48,655 bases of DNA from Octopus bimaculoides (Eukaryota), in contig NC_068996.1 of the NCBI RefSeq assembly GCF_001194135.2, forward strand, positions 39,989,056 to 40,037,710, written 5' to 3'. How positions within the stretch are numbered: the first letter of the stretch is position 1; each line of letters starts with the position of its first letter. A program made the translations under genes and the position numbers. Of the stretch, positions 11,081-22,959 are shown in pieces. The notes under the pieces are model-generated. The model saw only the letters and a program-made list of their open reading frames with translations, made no database searches and was not told where the DNA came from.

Positions 11081-11364
11081 ATATACTCAATACAAAATAG
11101 TGTACATTTAAACACAAGAGAAAACTACCTTCAACAAGTAGTTTTTGCATGCTAGAAGAAGCAGTCAAAACGACCAAAACCACATTTAAGAGCAATGCCA
11201 ATAAAATAACAAGGTAAAAAGTTTTTTTATTTTTCATTGCTTTTGAAGATTGCTCTTAAATGTGGTTTTGGTCGTTTTGACTCCTTCTTCTAGCGTGCAA
11301 AAACTACCTGTTGAAGGTAGTTTTCTCTTGTGTTTAAATTTACACTATTTTATATTGAGAATAT
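11081..11364. mobile_element. Foldback / MITE-like element, 116-bp inverted arms
   Basis: 11081-11196 is the reverse complement of 11249-11364 with few mismatches; 52-bp AT-rich spacer. Confidence 0.8.
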
Positions 11365-11476
11365 GTTGTCTATTGACTTTTTATACATGCTAGGCCACTG
11401 GTGGTGAATTTTCTAAAAATTAACCACCCTATATATATTTTACGTATATATATATCTTATGTTATATTATATATAT

Positions 11477-12068
11477 ACCCATGCTGGCATGGGTCAGACA
11501 GTTAGACTGGACCTGGTAAGCCAGAGAGCTGTACTAAGTCTGTTCCAGTCTGATTTGGCATGATTTCTATAGCTGGATGCCCTTCCTAATGCCAACCACT
11601 CCAAGAGTGTTATGGGGGCTTTTTACATGCCAGTTACATGACACCAGAATTGCCATGACTACGATTTTGCTTAGCTTGACGAGTCTTCTCAAGCATGATG
11701 AGTCATCATCATCATCATCATCATCGTCGTCGTCGTTTAACATCCGCTTTCCATGGGTTGGATGATTTGACTGAGTATTGGCAAACCAGGTGGCTACACC
11801 AGGCTCCAATCTGATCTGGCAGAGTTTCTACAGCTGGATTCCCTTCCTAACGCCAACCACTCTGAGAGTGTAGTGGGTGCTTTTATGTGCCACCGGCACG
11901 AGGGCTAGTCAGGCGGTACTGGCGACGGCCACACTCAAAATGGTGTATTTTACGTGCCACCTGCACAGGAGCCAGTCCATTGGCACTGGCAACGATCTCG
12001 CTCAAATGTCTTACTGGCAACAGCCACGCTCGAAATGGTGTATTTTACGTGTCACCTACACAGGAGCC
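11477..12068 (-). mobile_element. Two tandem RTE 3' UTR copies
   Basis: Older copy 11477-11690 and younger copy 11698-12068 with a (CAT)n tail; both contain GCTGGAT(G/T)CCCTTCCTAA. Confidence 0.8.
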
Positions 12069-12302
12069 ATATATATATANNNNNNNNNNNNNNNNNNNNN
12101 NNNNNNNNNNNNNNNNNNNNNNNNNNNNNNNNNNNNNNNNNNNNNNNNNNNNNNNNNNNNNNNNNNNNNNNNNNNNNNNNNNNNNNNNNNNNNNNNNNNN
12201 NNNNNNNNNNNNNNNNTATATATATATATATATATTAGGAGTGAGCAAACAAATGAAAGAAGGGCACTCAACCAATTTATTGAGTTACATGTATATACAT
12301 AT

Positions 12303-12340
<38 letters not shown>

Positions 12341-12409
12341 ATGTGTGTGTGTCTCTGTGTCTGTATGTGTGTGTGTGTGTGTACACATATTCATACACAC
12401 ACACACATG

Positions 12410-12570
12410 TGGAAGCATGTGGCTCTGTGGTTAAGGTGTTGCAGTCATGATCATAAAACTGTGATTTCAATTCTTGTACTGAGTGATTTGGTGTGTCCTT
12501 GAACAAGACGCTCCATTTCACATTGTTCCAATGCACTCAACCGGCAAAAGTAAGTAATTCTGGGACAAGA
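12410..12570 (+). mobile_element. SINE family G, degenerate
   Basis: TGGCTCTGTGGTTAAG head and GTGTCCTTGAACAAGAC block. Confidence 0.55.
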
Positions 12571-12679
12571 CTGGCTTTCCATCTGTTGGGAGAGTGTGGA
12601 GTGTGGAGGTGGGTGGCAGGTAATATATACACCACAGAATGCTGGGAAACCAGCCTTATGAGCCTATGGCTTAGCCCAG

Positions 12680-12777
12680 GGCTATAGTTGAAAAGACTTG
12701 CCCAAGGTGCCATGTGATGGAGCTGAACCTGAAACCATGTGGCTGGGAAGTAAGCTTCTTCCTACCAACACAGCCAA
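12680..12777 (-). mobile_element. SINE family A 5' fragment
   Basis: GGCTATAG...CTTGCCCAAGGTGCCA...CTGAACCTGAAACCATGTGG...CACAGCCA. Confidence 0.7.
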
Positions 12778-13499
12778 GGAATTCATTTTGCAAACATGAA
12801 GTTTCAGGTTCAATTCTTAGCACATGGCATTTTGGGTATGTTGGGTCGAGTTAAACACAAACAATTTTTATGATATTAGGTAGACAAGTTCTACACAAAA
12901 GCCTGCCAGACAGACAGTAGCTGTGATTTGAAGGCGCAGACCAATGCTGAATTAACTATTAAGCAAAATAAGAATGTGTTTAGGGCATCAAGAGAAGGGT
13001 GGGAGTCACCAGAGAAATGGTAAATGGTTTAGGGCACAAAAGAAATCATTTTAAAATTGTTAAAATAATATTTGAAGTACTTTACATGATCGGAAATATA
13101 AGTACTTTATATGATCGGAAGTGTTCAAGATGTCATAGTGAGGATCTGATCAAAGAATTTGCAATTGAAAAAAAAAGTAGGAGAAAACTTTTCAAATATG
13201 AAGTGGGAGTATACAAAAAAAGAAGCATTATTTTCCATCTTATTGTTAGTTTTATTTTATTTAGAAAAATAAAATTTGTTTAATGGTTTATCATTTTGTA
13301 TTCTGAATTATATATATAGCAGTGAGAAAGGATTTATAAATATTGGGACTCACAAAAGGGATGACAGGGGATTGAGACTCTTGGCAGTTTGCTGTACTTG
13401 AATAGACACATCAAGCTAAGTAAAAGCATGGTTGCTTTTGCATGAAGGCCCATCCCTTACAACCCTCTCTGACTGAGCATCACTAATCTTGTAGGCTGG

Positions 13500-13734
13500 T
13501 ACTGGTGCCATGTAATCTTTCAGGTGCTGGTGTCATGTAAAAAGCTATATAAAAGCACCCAGTACACTCTGTAAAGTAGCTGGTGTTAGGAAGAGCATCC
13601 AGCTGTAAAAGCCATGCCGAAATAGACATGGAGCCTGAACAGCCCTTCAGCCGGTCAGCTCCTGTCAAACCATCCAATCCATGCCAGCATGGAAAACAGA
13701 TATTAAATGATGGTGATGATGATGATGATGATGA
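13500..13734 (+). mobile_element. RTE 3' UTR with (GAT)n tail
   Basis: AAAAGCACCCAGTACACTCTG...TTAGGAAGAGCATCCAGCTG...CCAGCATGGAAAA..TTAAATGATG. Confidence 0.8.
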
Positions 13735-14634
13735 AGGGGCACCAAAATCTTTTAGGTGTTTAGTGCCTCTCAGAGTCTTAATTCAGCTCTGGTTCAATTG
13801 TGTCACATCCTACCACACTGATTCTGTTTGAGAATTACATTAAGGTTACATGTATCTGAGAAGTACTCAGCCAGTTAGAGCTTTAATTCAATATGTAGGT
13901 GGCACAGTTGATGTGCATGCACATAAGTAAGGAAAAGAAAAGGAAAAAAAAAACTTACTCATAGAGTGAGATGGAACGGTTTAATGACTCAATTGGTTGA
14001 ATGTCATGGCTAAGTCATTCATCCGAAACGGTTCCTAATCAGTGAACTATGTGATATGAGGCAAGAATGAAAGAAAAAAAAAAGAAACTTTGAAGTTATA
14101 ATAGCTTCCTCCTCAATTTAACTATTTGCCAGAACCAGCCCCCACCCCAAGGGAATAGCCATTGATGTGTTCAGAGAAGAAGCCATAAAGAAGCACCAGT
14201 TGATGGGAAGGAACATCTACTACTCAAAATTCAATGACAAATTCCCATTGAAATTGATAGATAAGCACACCAGAATCATGAAAGAATCAACACGACCAGG
14301 AAACTGATATCTCTTGTACATAGGAAAAAATTAAATGCACCATAAATACATTTGAGATTAAATGCAGTGATATATCAGTAACGAATGCATGCTATGAATA
14401 GGTTCGACCGATAAAAATGCTAATAATTCCTCAGTCAGTGAAATTGTTATTCTTATAAATCCCAGTGCAATTTCGCTTTGAATAAATATTGAATCTATCA
14501 TTAACTGGGCATTACTGGTCCTAATTTGTATAAGATACATCTGCAGATGTCCATCATAATGTTATGCTCTATTCAAAATATCTAAGCCATTGACTAAACT
14601 ATTGCAAACTTTTGGTGTGAATTTCATAAACTAC

Positions 14635-14674
<40 letters not shown>

Positions 14675-14789
14675 ATGCACACACATGTTCATGTACACAC
14701 ACAAACATGTACATACACTCATAAAATGAGTTTATTTTATAAATACAAACATTACAATTGTTGACATCAAAAGTTGCTATATATCGCTG

Positions 14790-15355
14790 GCGGGGGAGAT
14801 GAGTTGCTGCTATCTCTAGTAGTTGAGTACCCATCACTGATGAGACCAAAGAAGGTTGAAATCACATGATCTGGTAGTCTCCACACTGGAGATAGCAGGG
14901 ATTTATCTCCCCTGCTAGTGATATAAACAAGAATGCATTTTGCACCAAATGCTACTTTGGGAGTTTCTCTCGTGGTTATTTTTGCAGTATAGTTTGTTCC
15001 TACAGAACATCCACATTTAAGTGAAGATATCATTGGTATTGATATTGCCTCTGTTGTTAATATATATATTTTTTAACAAGCTCAATGGCTAATCACGACA
15101 CCAGTGCATGTACTGGCATGGAGATGAATTGCTGTTGTCTCTAGCAGTCTCGCATCCATCATCGATAAGACCAGGGAAGGTCAAAACTGTGTGATCTGCT
15201 AGTCTTGGTGCTGGAGGTCGTGGGGATTTATCTCCCCTGCTAGTGATATAAACGAGAATGCATTTTGCACTAAAAGACAATATGAGAGTTTCTCTCGTGG
15301 TATCTATCACAGTATAGTTTGTTCTAACAGAATATCCATGTTTAAGTGGGGATAA
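14790..15355 (+). repeat. Tandem direct repeat, two copies, 325-bp period, each with a hammerhead-like motif
   Basis: Shared blocks GGAGATGA, CCATCA, GGGATTTATCTCCCCTGCTAGTGATATAAAC, GAATGCATTTTGCAC, GAGTTTCTCTCGTGG, CAGTATAGTTTGTTC. Confidence 0.9.
14833..14875 (+). ncRNA. Minimal type I hammerhead ribozyme (predicted)
   Basis: Stem I AUCA/UGGU; core CUGAUGA (14837-14843); stem II GACC-AAAGAA-GGUU; GAAA; stem III AUCA-CA-UGAU; cleavage triplet AUC (cut after 14871). Confidence 0.7.
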
Positions 15356-15524
15356 ATATTATCTCACAATTTTATAAACTTCCCAGAGGACATAAAATTA
15401 TTCTTTTTTGGAACATTGTCTCTCAAAGCACATTACATAAAGCTATTAATAATAGCATATAGATATTGTGTTGAAAAACCCTTTTGGATAGTATAATCAA
15501 AGTCAGTTAAAATTTCTCCATATA

Positions 15525-15858
15525 AGTGTGGGCGTAGCTGTGTGGTAAGAAGCTTGCTTCCCAACCACATAGTTCCGGGTTCAGTCCCACTGCATTGGAT
15601 GGACCAAAGCCTTGTGAGTGGATTTGGTAGACGGAAACTGAAAGAAACCTGTCGTATATCTATATATATATATATATATGTGTGTGTTTGTTTGTCTGTG
15701 TTTGTCCCCCCAACATAGCTTGACAACCGACGTTGGTGTGTTTGCGTCCCAGTAACTTAGCGGTTTGACAAAAGAGACTGATAGAATTAGTACTAAGCTT
15801 ACAAAGAATAAGTCCTGGGGTTCATTTGCTCGACTAAAGTCGGTGCTCCAGCATGGCT
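15525..15858 (+). mobile_element. SINE family A with internal deletion
   Basis: Head and tail present; the ACCTTGGGCAAGTG block is missing. Confidence 0.85.
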
Positions 15859-16107
15859 TCGATGTACTTTGAGAGCCAATGTTCCATAAAATGTGCATAT
15901 TTTATGTATGAACTATTTCTTGTTTCTGTTGAATTTTTCGAGGAAATGAATTCATAGAAAATTAAGAGAGGTCAAAGAGTTTAAGAAATTTGGCAATAAA
16001 GGTCCATCAGACAGTGAAAAAGACAAAAACAAGAAATGTAAGAAAGAAACAAACAAGCAAATAAAACATGAACGACTGAGGAAAGCCAGTTAAAATTTCT
16101 CCATATA

Positions 16108-16250
16108 GGTGCAGGCGTGGCTGTGTGGTAAGAAGCTTGCTTCCCAACTACATGGTTCCAGGTTCACTCCCACTGCATGGAACCCTGGGCAAGTGTCTTC
16201 CACTATATAGTGGATTTGGTAAATGGAAACTGATAGAAGCCCATTGTGTG
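16108..16250 (+). mobile_element. SINE family A 5' half
   Basis: GGTGCAGGCGTGGCTGTGTGG...GAAGCCCATTG. Confidence 0.8.
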
Positions 16251-16297
16251 TGTATATATATATATCGTTTAACGTCCGCTTTCCATGCTAGCATGGG

Positions 16298-16331
<34 letters not shown>

Positions 16332-16335
<4 letters not shown>

Positions 16336-16752
16336 AAATAAGAAATGTTGGCATGCCAGGCAAAATGCTTAATGGTATTTCGTCTGCCATTACGTTCTGA
16401 GTTCAAATTCTGCCAAGGTCGACTTTGTCTTTCATCCTTTCGGGGTCAATAAATTAAGTACCAGTTACGCACTGGGGTTGATGTAATTGACTTAATCCCT
16501 TTGTCTGTCCTTGTTTGTCCCCTCTATGTTTAGCCCCTTGTGGGCAATAAAGAAATAAGAAACGTTAGCACGCCAGGCGAAATGCTTAACGGTATTTCGT
16601 CTGCCGTTACGTTCTGAGTTCAAATTCCACTGAGGTCAATTTTACCTTTCATCCTTTCGGGGTCGATAAATTAAGTACCAGTTGTGCACTGAGGTCGGTC
16701 TGTCCTTGTTTGTCCCCTCTGTATGTGGCCCCTTGTGGGCAATAAAGTAATA
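16332..16752 (+). mobile_element. Head-to-tail multimer of SINE family B
   Basis: Units 16341-16558 and 16559-16752 each start at GAAA(C/T)GTT and end at AAAG(A/T)AATAA. Confidence 0.85.
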
Positions 16753-17079
16753 AGAACTGACACCTGTACACCTTTGTTACTTATTTATATTCTGTTCACC
16801 TAACTTGGAATCTGCTCTTCGTAAATATTATAGAAAGTACCTTTATAAAAAGTATGTCTAAATTACCAAGAGCAGACATCTTCACTAAGCTGGGTTGTAT
16901 TGTCCTCACACACAACAGGAATATTAGATACAAACACTTCTATATGGAGTCTTAATATTCAATATTCAAATAATATTGTTGGGGTATGTGGACTATACCA
17001 AACTAGCAAGGTGCCTAAATGTAAGTACCTAATTCAACTGAATCTTAATTGTATTTTATGTGTGTGTGTGTGTGTGTGT

Positions 17080-17530
17080 GTGCATGTCTTTGTGTGTATG
17101 TCTTTGTGTCTGTGTTTGTCCCCCCACCACTATTACTACGTAACAACTGGTGCTGGTGTGTTTATGTCCCTGTAACTTAGTGGTTCAGCCAAAGACACTG
17201 ATAGAAAAAGTACTAAGCTTAAAAATTAAGTCCTGGGGCCAATTTGTTCGACTAAAATCCCTAAAGGTGGTAATGCCCCAGTATAGTCACTGTGAAATGA
17301 CTAAAACAAAAACAAGGATAAAAGAATTTGGGAATAATCTTGAGTGACTTCCTAATAATAGTATTAGGAGTGGCTGTGTGGTAAGTAGCTTGCTTACCAA
17401 CCACATGGTTCCGGTTTCAGTCCCACTGCATGGCACCTTGGGCAAGTGTCTTCTACTATAGCCTCGGGCCGACTAAAGCTTTGTGAGTGGATTTGGTAGA
17501 GGGGAAACTGAAAGAAGCCCATCGTATATA
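17080..17530 (+). mobile_element. SINE A 3' half (17080-17330) followed by a separate 5' half (17366-17530)
   Basis: Matches to the A consensus. Confidence 0.75.
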
Positions 17531-17539
17531 TTAATTCTT

Positions 17540-17790
17540 CTGCCAATTCTTCAATTTGCACAGGTACTTTATTATATTGACTCCTGAAAGGACAAAAGGC
17601 AAATTTGATCATAATACGATTTGAACTTGGGAGAGCAGAAACCCAAATCAAATACTATAAGACATTTCATTTTCTGATAATTCTTCTAATCCACCATTCC
17701 ACACTGGCGCTTTATTTTATCAACCCTGAAAGGATGAAAGGCAAAGTTGACTGCAATGGGATTTGAACTCTGATAAAAAAAAAAAAGAGG
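17540..17790 (-). mobile_element. Two degenerate B'-type SINE fragments
   Basis: CCTGAAAGGA..AAAGGCAAA and GATTTGAACT occur twice. Confidence 0.55.
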
Positions 17791-18225
17791 AAAATAACAA
17801 CAAAAAAAAGAATTAGTGATTTCAAACCAGTATATTACTGGTACTGATACTATGAATTATAACATGAAATGAAAATATGATTTCAACAGTATCTGAATTA
17901 ATATACAAAAACTAAGAGGGAAAATACCTTTTTTAAATTTAATTTTGAAAGAATTTTTATTTGAAAATGATATTGCCGTATTATGGGAAGGTCATTTGGC
18001 CAATAAACACATGCACTGGTTATAGTTCACTTCAGTTTTACAATTAACTAGTCAATTAATTAGTTCTTGATGAGTTTGTCATAAATTTTTTTGTCACATT
18101 GCTATGAAAGGAAATAAGTTATTGTCATTATGAATACTACAGAGGTGTGATGTAAAATCTATTACAAACTTATCAATAATTAATCAATTGATTAGTTAAC
18201 AATAAAACTGAAGTGAGGAACTACA

Positions 18226-18260
<35 letters not shown>

Positions 18261-18399
18261 CATTGGCAAAATGACCCTCCCAAAGTAATACAATATAATC
18301 ATGGCCTTCCTTATCTCAACAACATTTTACTCTTGATAATGATGATTTTATGCTTAAAAGTATGGTCCCACAAATTTGCTGTTAGTAAATGGTATCCAT

Positions 18400-18680
18400 G
18401 TGAAGGTGTGGTTCCCTAAGAGTTAGGATGTTGCACTCAGAATTTTAAGATCATGGTTTCAATTCCTGGACTGGACATTATTGAGCAGATTTAACTTCAT
18501 TTTAAATTGCCCCAGTTGACTCAGTTGTATATGAGTTCCAGCAGTTACAGGGAAGTTAACCCTGCGACAGGCAGCGTCCCATCCAGGGGAAAGCATTGTA
18601 ATCTCAGTCACTTGTGCATAATATAAACTGGGTTAAACGCCAACCTTATCAGTCTTACGGCTCATAATGGAACTAACATG
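18400..18680 (+). mobile_element. SINE family G-like, degenerate
   Basis: Head with GGTTTCAATTCCTGG, then CCCAGTTGACTCAG and CCCATCCAGGGG blocks. Confidence 0.5.
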
Positions 18681-19522
18681 CATATGGTATCTTCACAATG
18701 CTAACATACAATAGCTCTATGGCCAACCCTACAGGTTATGATGTGTTTGATAGAAGACAAGAATATTCAGTATGAACTTAAAAGCCACACTTTATGTGGG
18801 TTTTCAAGCTAGCTCCTTCAGAGGGCTAATTGGGCCTGTGGCCCAAAACTAAAGAGAGCAATAATAATAAAGCATTTATTGGTATCCTACCAATATGGTA
18901 TTACTTTAAAATCAGTTCTTTTAAAATTTCAATTTGCAACTGTTAGCATATAACAAATCCTCATCCAAACCTGATCTCAATGCTGGATGTTCAAGAACCA
19001 AATGAAGGGCAGATTTTGAATCCCAGGATCATCCTGATTCCAAAATAGTATAATATGACTAGGTAGAGCAAATGTAGACTGAGATAGACAGAATTTCCTG
19101 TTTATTTCTATAGATTTTACCAATTTGCCACCACAAAATCTGATTAAAGTTTACCAAAGAATATTGATGTTCTAGCATTGAATTTTTTTTTTGCATTAGT
19201 GAATTATTTACAAACTTCAATACAATATTTATGTGAGTTATTAATGTTTAATAAGTGTTCATTAATTGAAACAAGAAGACAATTGGAAATTTTTTTTCTA
19301 TTATGACTTTTTAATTTATAGCTAGTTTATAGATTTGATTGTTTGAGAACTTGAATGCATTATTCAGGTGACATATATAATTGTCTATTAAATGTGGATA
19401 CATTGACTGAAAAATTGCCTTTTATTTTAATTTTATTTATTTATTTATGTAGATCTAACTTCATGACACAAAAAGATAATACAAAAGGAACTCAAAAGAA
19501 ATACAGGCTAATAGTCTAGCAA

Positions 19523-19565
<43 letters not shown>

Positions 19566-20134
19566 GTTTAACTTCTACCTTCCATGCTAGCATGGGTTGG
19601 ATGATTTGACTGAAGACTGGCGAACCAGATGGCTGCACCAGGCTCCAATCTGATCTGGCAGAGTTTCTACAGCTGGATGTCCTTCCTAACACCAACCACT
19701 CCGAGAGTGTAGTGGGTGCTTTTATGTGCCATCGGCACGAGGGCCAGTCAGGTGGTACTGGCAATGGCCACACTCAAAATGGTGTTTTTTACGTGCCACC
19801 TGCACAGGAGCCAGTCCAGTGGCACTGGCAATGACCTCGCTCGAATGTTTTTTCATGTGCCACCGGCACAAGTGTCATTAAGGCAACGCTGGTAATGATC
19901 ATGCTCAAATGGTGCTATTTACGTGCCACTGGCACGGAAGCCAGACAGCTGCTCTGGCAATAATCACGCTTGGACGGTGCTCTTAGTGCTCCACTAGCAC
20001 AGGTGCCAGTTATCAAATTTGGTTCAATCACGATTTCGATTTCACTTGCCCCAACAGGTCTTCACAAGCTGAGTTTAGTGTCCAATGAAGGAGAGGTTGG
20101 CATGGGTATCAGTCGTCGAATTTGGATCGATTTC
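19523..20134 (-). mobile_element. Long RTE 3' UTR copy with (CAT)n tail
   Basis: Young-looking copy with internal subrepeats of ACGTGCCACC.GCAC; homologous to 11698-12068 and 34572-34841. Confidence 0.85.
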
Positions 20135-20264
20135 AAACAAACAAAATTAATTACCAGAAAGAAATTTTGTTACTACAACACTTTGGAATCTGCTTGGAAC
20201 CCATCCCTCACTGGTTTATTACTGGTCCTCCAACTTACATTTCAGTGTGAAAAAGAGTGAATTA

Positions 20265-21245
20265 GATGCAGGTGTGGCTGTGTGGTAAAAAGCTTCCTTT
20301 CCAACCACATGGTTTCGGGTTCAGTCCTACTGCATGGCACCTTGGGCAAGTGTCTTCTACTACTGCCACAGGCCAACCAAAGCCTAGTAAGTGGATTTGG
20401 TAGATGGAAACTGAAAGAAACCCATCGTATGTGTGTGTAGTGTATGTTTGTGTTTTTTTTTGTGACTGTATTTGTCCCCTCTCCCAATGTTTTCCAGGCA
20501 AGGAAATATCCTCCCATGGTGTAACATATTTTTGGAAGAATGATAGTAACAAATGATGCTATCTATATGACTGTGATATTCATTTACAACCATCACATGA
20601 TGCCAAGACAAAGAGACACAAACACACATGAGCACACACACATACTCGCACACACACTCTCATGCATGAACACACACACATACACACACACATACTCGCA
20701 CACGTACTCTCATGCATGAACACACACACATACACACACACACATACTCGCACACACACTCTCATGCATGAACACACACACATACACATGCATGCACACA
20801 CATACACACGCATGCATACACATACATACATATATACATACAATTGGCTTCTTTAAGTTTCTATTTGCCAAACCCATTCATGAGGCTTTGGTCAGCTTGT
20901 GGCTATAGAAGAAGACACATATCCAAGATGCCACACAGTGGGACTGAACCCAGGACCATATGTTTGGGAAACAGACATCTTATTACGCATCCACACCTGC
21001 ACCTAAAACGTTAACTGTCGTGTGTGTGTGTGTGTGTGTGTTTGTTTCTTTGTGTTTTTCCCTGTCATTACTACTTGACAACCAATGTTGGTTCATGTCT
21101 CCGTAAATTAGCAGTTCAACAAAAGAGATTGATAGAACAAGTTAAAGTTTAGTTACTAAGATCATTTCATTTGACTAAACATTTCGAGGTAGTACCCCAA
21201 CACGGCTGCAGTCCAATGATGGAAACAAGTAAACGGTAAAAGGTT
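20265..21245. mobile_element. SINE A fragments: 5' half (+, 20265-20440), 5' half (-, 20846-21004), 3' half (+, 21020-21245)
   Basis: Matches to the A consensus. Confidence 0.75.
20630..20810. repeat. ~50-bp CA-derived minisatellite, three copies
   Basis: CATACTCGCACAC..ACTCTCATGCATGAACACACAC starts at 20641, 20691 and 20743. Confidence 0.85.
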
Positions 21246-22239
21246 AGTATTTCAAACTTATCATACAACTAAACTACTCCTGCAGCTAGGTGAATTAAAA
21301 GACATAGAATGAAGTGCATTGCCAAAAGTCATAAACACAGATAGTTCAATATCATCTTCACTTAGCCATTCCATTAATACTTCGTCTTCATAGAAATATT
21401 TCTTCAGTCAGTTCCTCAATAGTTTAGTTCAATGAAATATCTGAAGAAAAGTAATGGAAGGAATTCTAGAAGGTCAATTATTCAAGTTCTGGTGAGAGTA
21501 ATGATTATCAGAATGAAGGAAAAGCAATTAAACTGTTTCCTTTCCAATTTTCAAGACGATAAAAAATAAATAAATAAATAAATAAATGAATATAAAAACG
21601 AAACGGGGAATAAGAAATGAAAAATTAATTAAGAAATTTGATGAATGAAGGAAGGATGATTGATGTCTGAAGAATAACAATGAAAGAGAAAGATTGAAGA
21701 CAGACTGAATGATAAAGAGAAAAAAAAAAGTAAGAAATGAAGAAGAACAAAGAGTGGCAGTTGGTAAATAAAAAACACAAAAATATAGAAAAAAGAATAA
21801 AGTAAAAAAGAATGAAGATGAATGAGTATTAAGAAAGATTGTTGAAGAATAATAAAGAAGAAATAAATCAGAAAGAAGAAAATTAAAAAAGAAGAATGAA
21901 AACCAAGGAATGGAAAATGAAGAAGAATGAAGAAAGACAAAGAATATGGATGATTAAGAAAAAGGTAATAAAAACAAAGAGAATGGAAGTGAACACAAAA
22001 TAAAATATTATTGAAGATACTAAAGAACAAAGGTGGAAAATTGGTAAAGAATAATTCTTACATAGAATACGCGCAAGGTCTCAGTTTAATAAAAGAGTGA
22101 GGAACCAATATTACACAATATTCAATGTTCTTTTCTCGAAGACATTAATGATGTGAGTTGGAATGGCCACAACCAGAAACCGAAGATTTAGGTCACAGAC
22201 TCGACATGTTTGGAAATTAGTTTGAGTGTATGGCAGTAA

Positions 22240-22332
22240 GAAGAAGAAGAAGAAGGAGAAGAAGAAGAAGAAGAAGAAGAAGAAGAAGAAGAAGAAGAAG
22301 AAGAAGAAGAAGAAGAAGAAGAAGAAGAAGGA
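22240..22332. repeat. (GAA)n microsatellite
   Basis: Directly visible; purine-rich low complexity also at 21540-22070 and 22625-22690. Confidence 0.95.
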
Positions 22333-22847
22333 AGATAAAGAATAAATAACAAAGGGAAAGAAAAATAGATGTATTATGGATGAGAGGGAGAGAGAAGCTG
22401 AAGAGGAAAAAAAAATTGACACACTTATAGTTTAAAGTGATATTGTTACAAGTGAATTGTTTGAAGTTTATAATGAAAGGAATGAGAGTTTATGATGTTC
22501 ATGCCTTTCAAAAGGGCAATAAACCATGTAAATGGAAGGAAATGGTTCCAACTGGAGGAATATAATTAAGGGCTTCTTGCATAGGTTTGAATTCTGAGGT
22601 TTCTCCTTTTGTTGTTTTTTGAAAGGAAGGAGAAAAGAAAAGAAGGAGAAAAGAAAAGAAGGAGAAAAAAAAAGAAGGAGAAAAGAAAAGAAGATGGTTG
22701 CTGCTGCTTTTTCTAATAGACTCGGTAAATGTAACCAGAATAGCTAAATCAGGAACCAAAACTTGGATTCTGGAAGTTTACTGTTTACAAGATCTAAGTG
22801 CCAATATGTGCATGGTGGTCGGGTGGAGAGGAGGGCATGTGGGGTAG

Positions 22848-22878
<31 letters not shown>

Positions 22879-22959
22879 ACATATGCATATACATACATAT
22901 ACGAACAAACGAACATACACACACACACACACAGAGGCTGCAATTTTAGATTTATAATA

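Noticed and set aside
11477-11494. Short palindromes such as ACCCATGC-TG-GCATGGGT, and ACATCTGCAGATGT near 14540
   Set aside because: The first is the ordinary RTE terminal stem-loop; the second is within chance expectation.
19610-19632. CTGAAGA plus hairpin CTGG-CGAA-CCAG in the RTE UTR as a hammerhead
   Set aside because: Followed by ATGG, not GAAA; no stem III or cleavage triplet.
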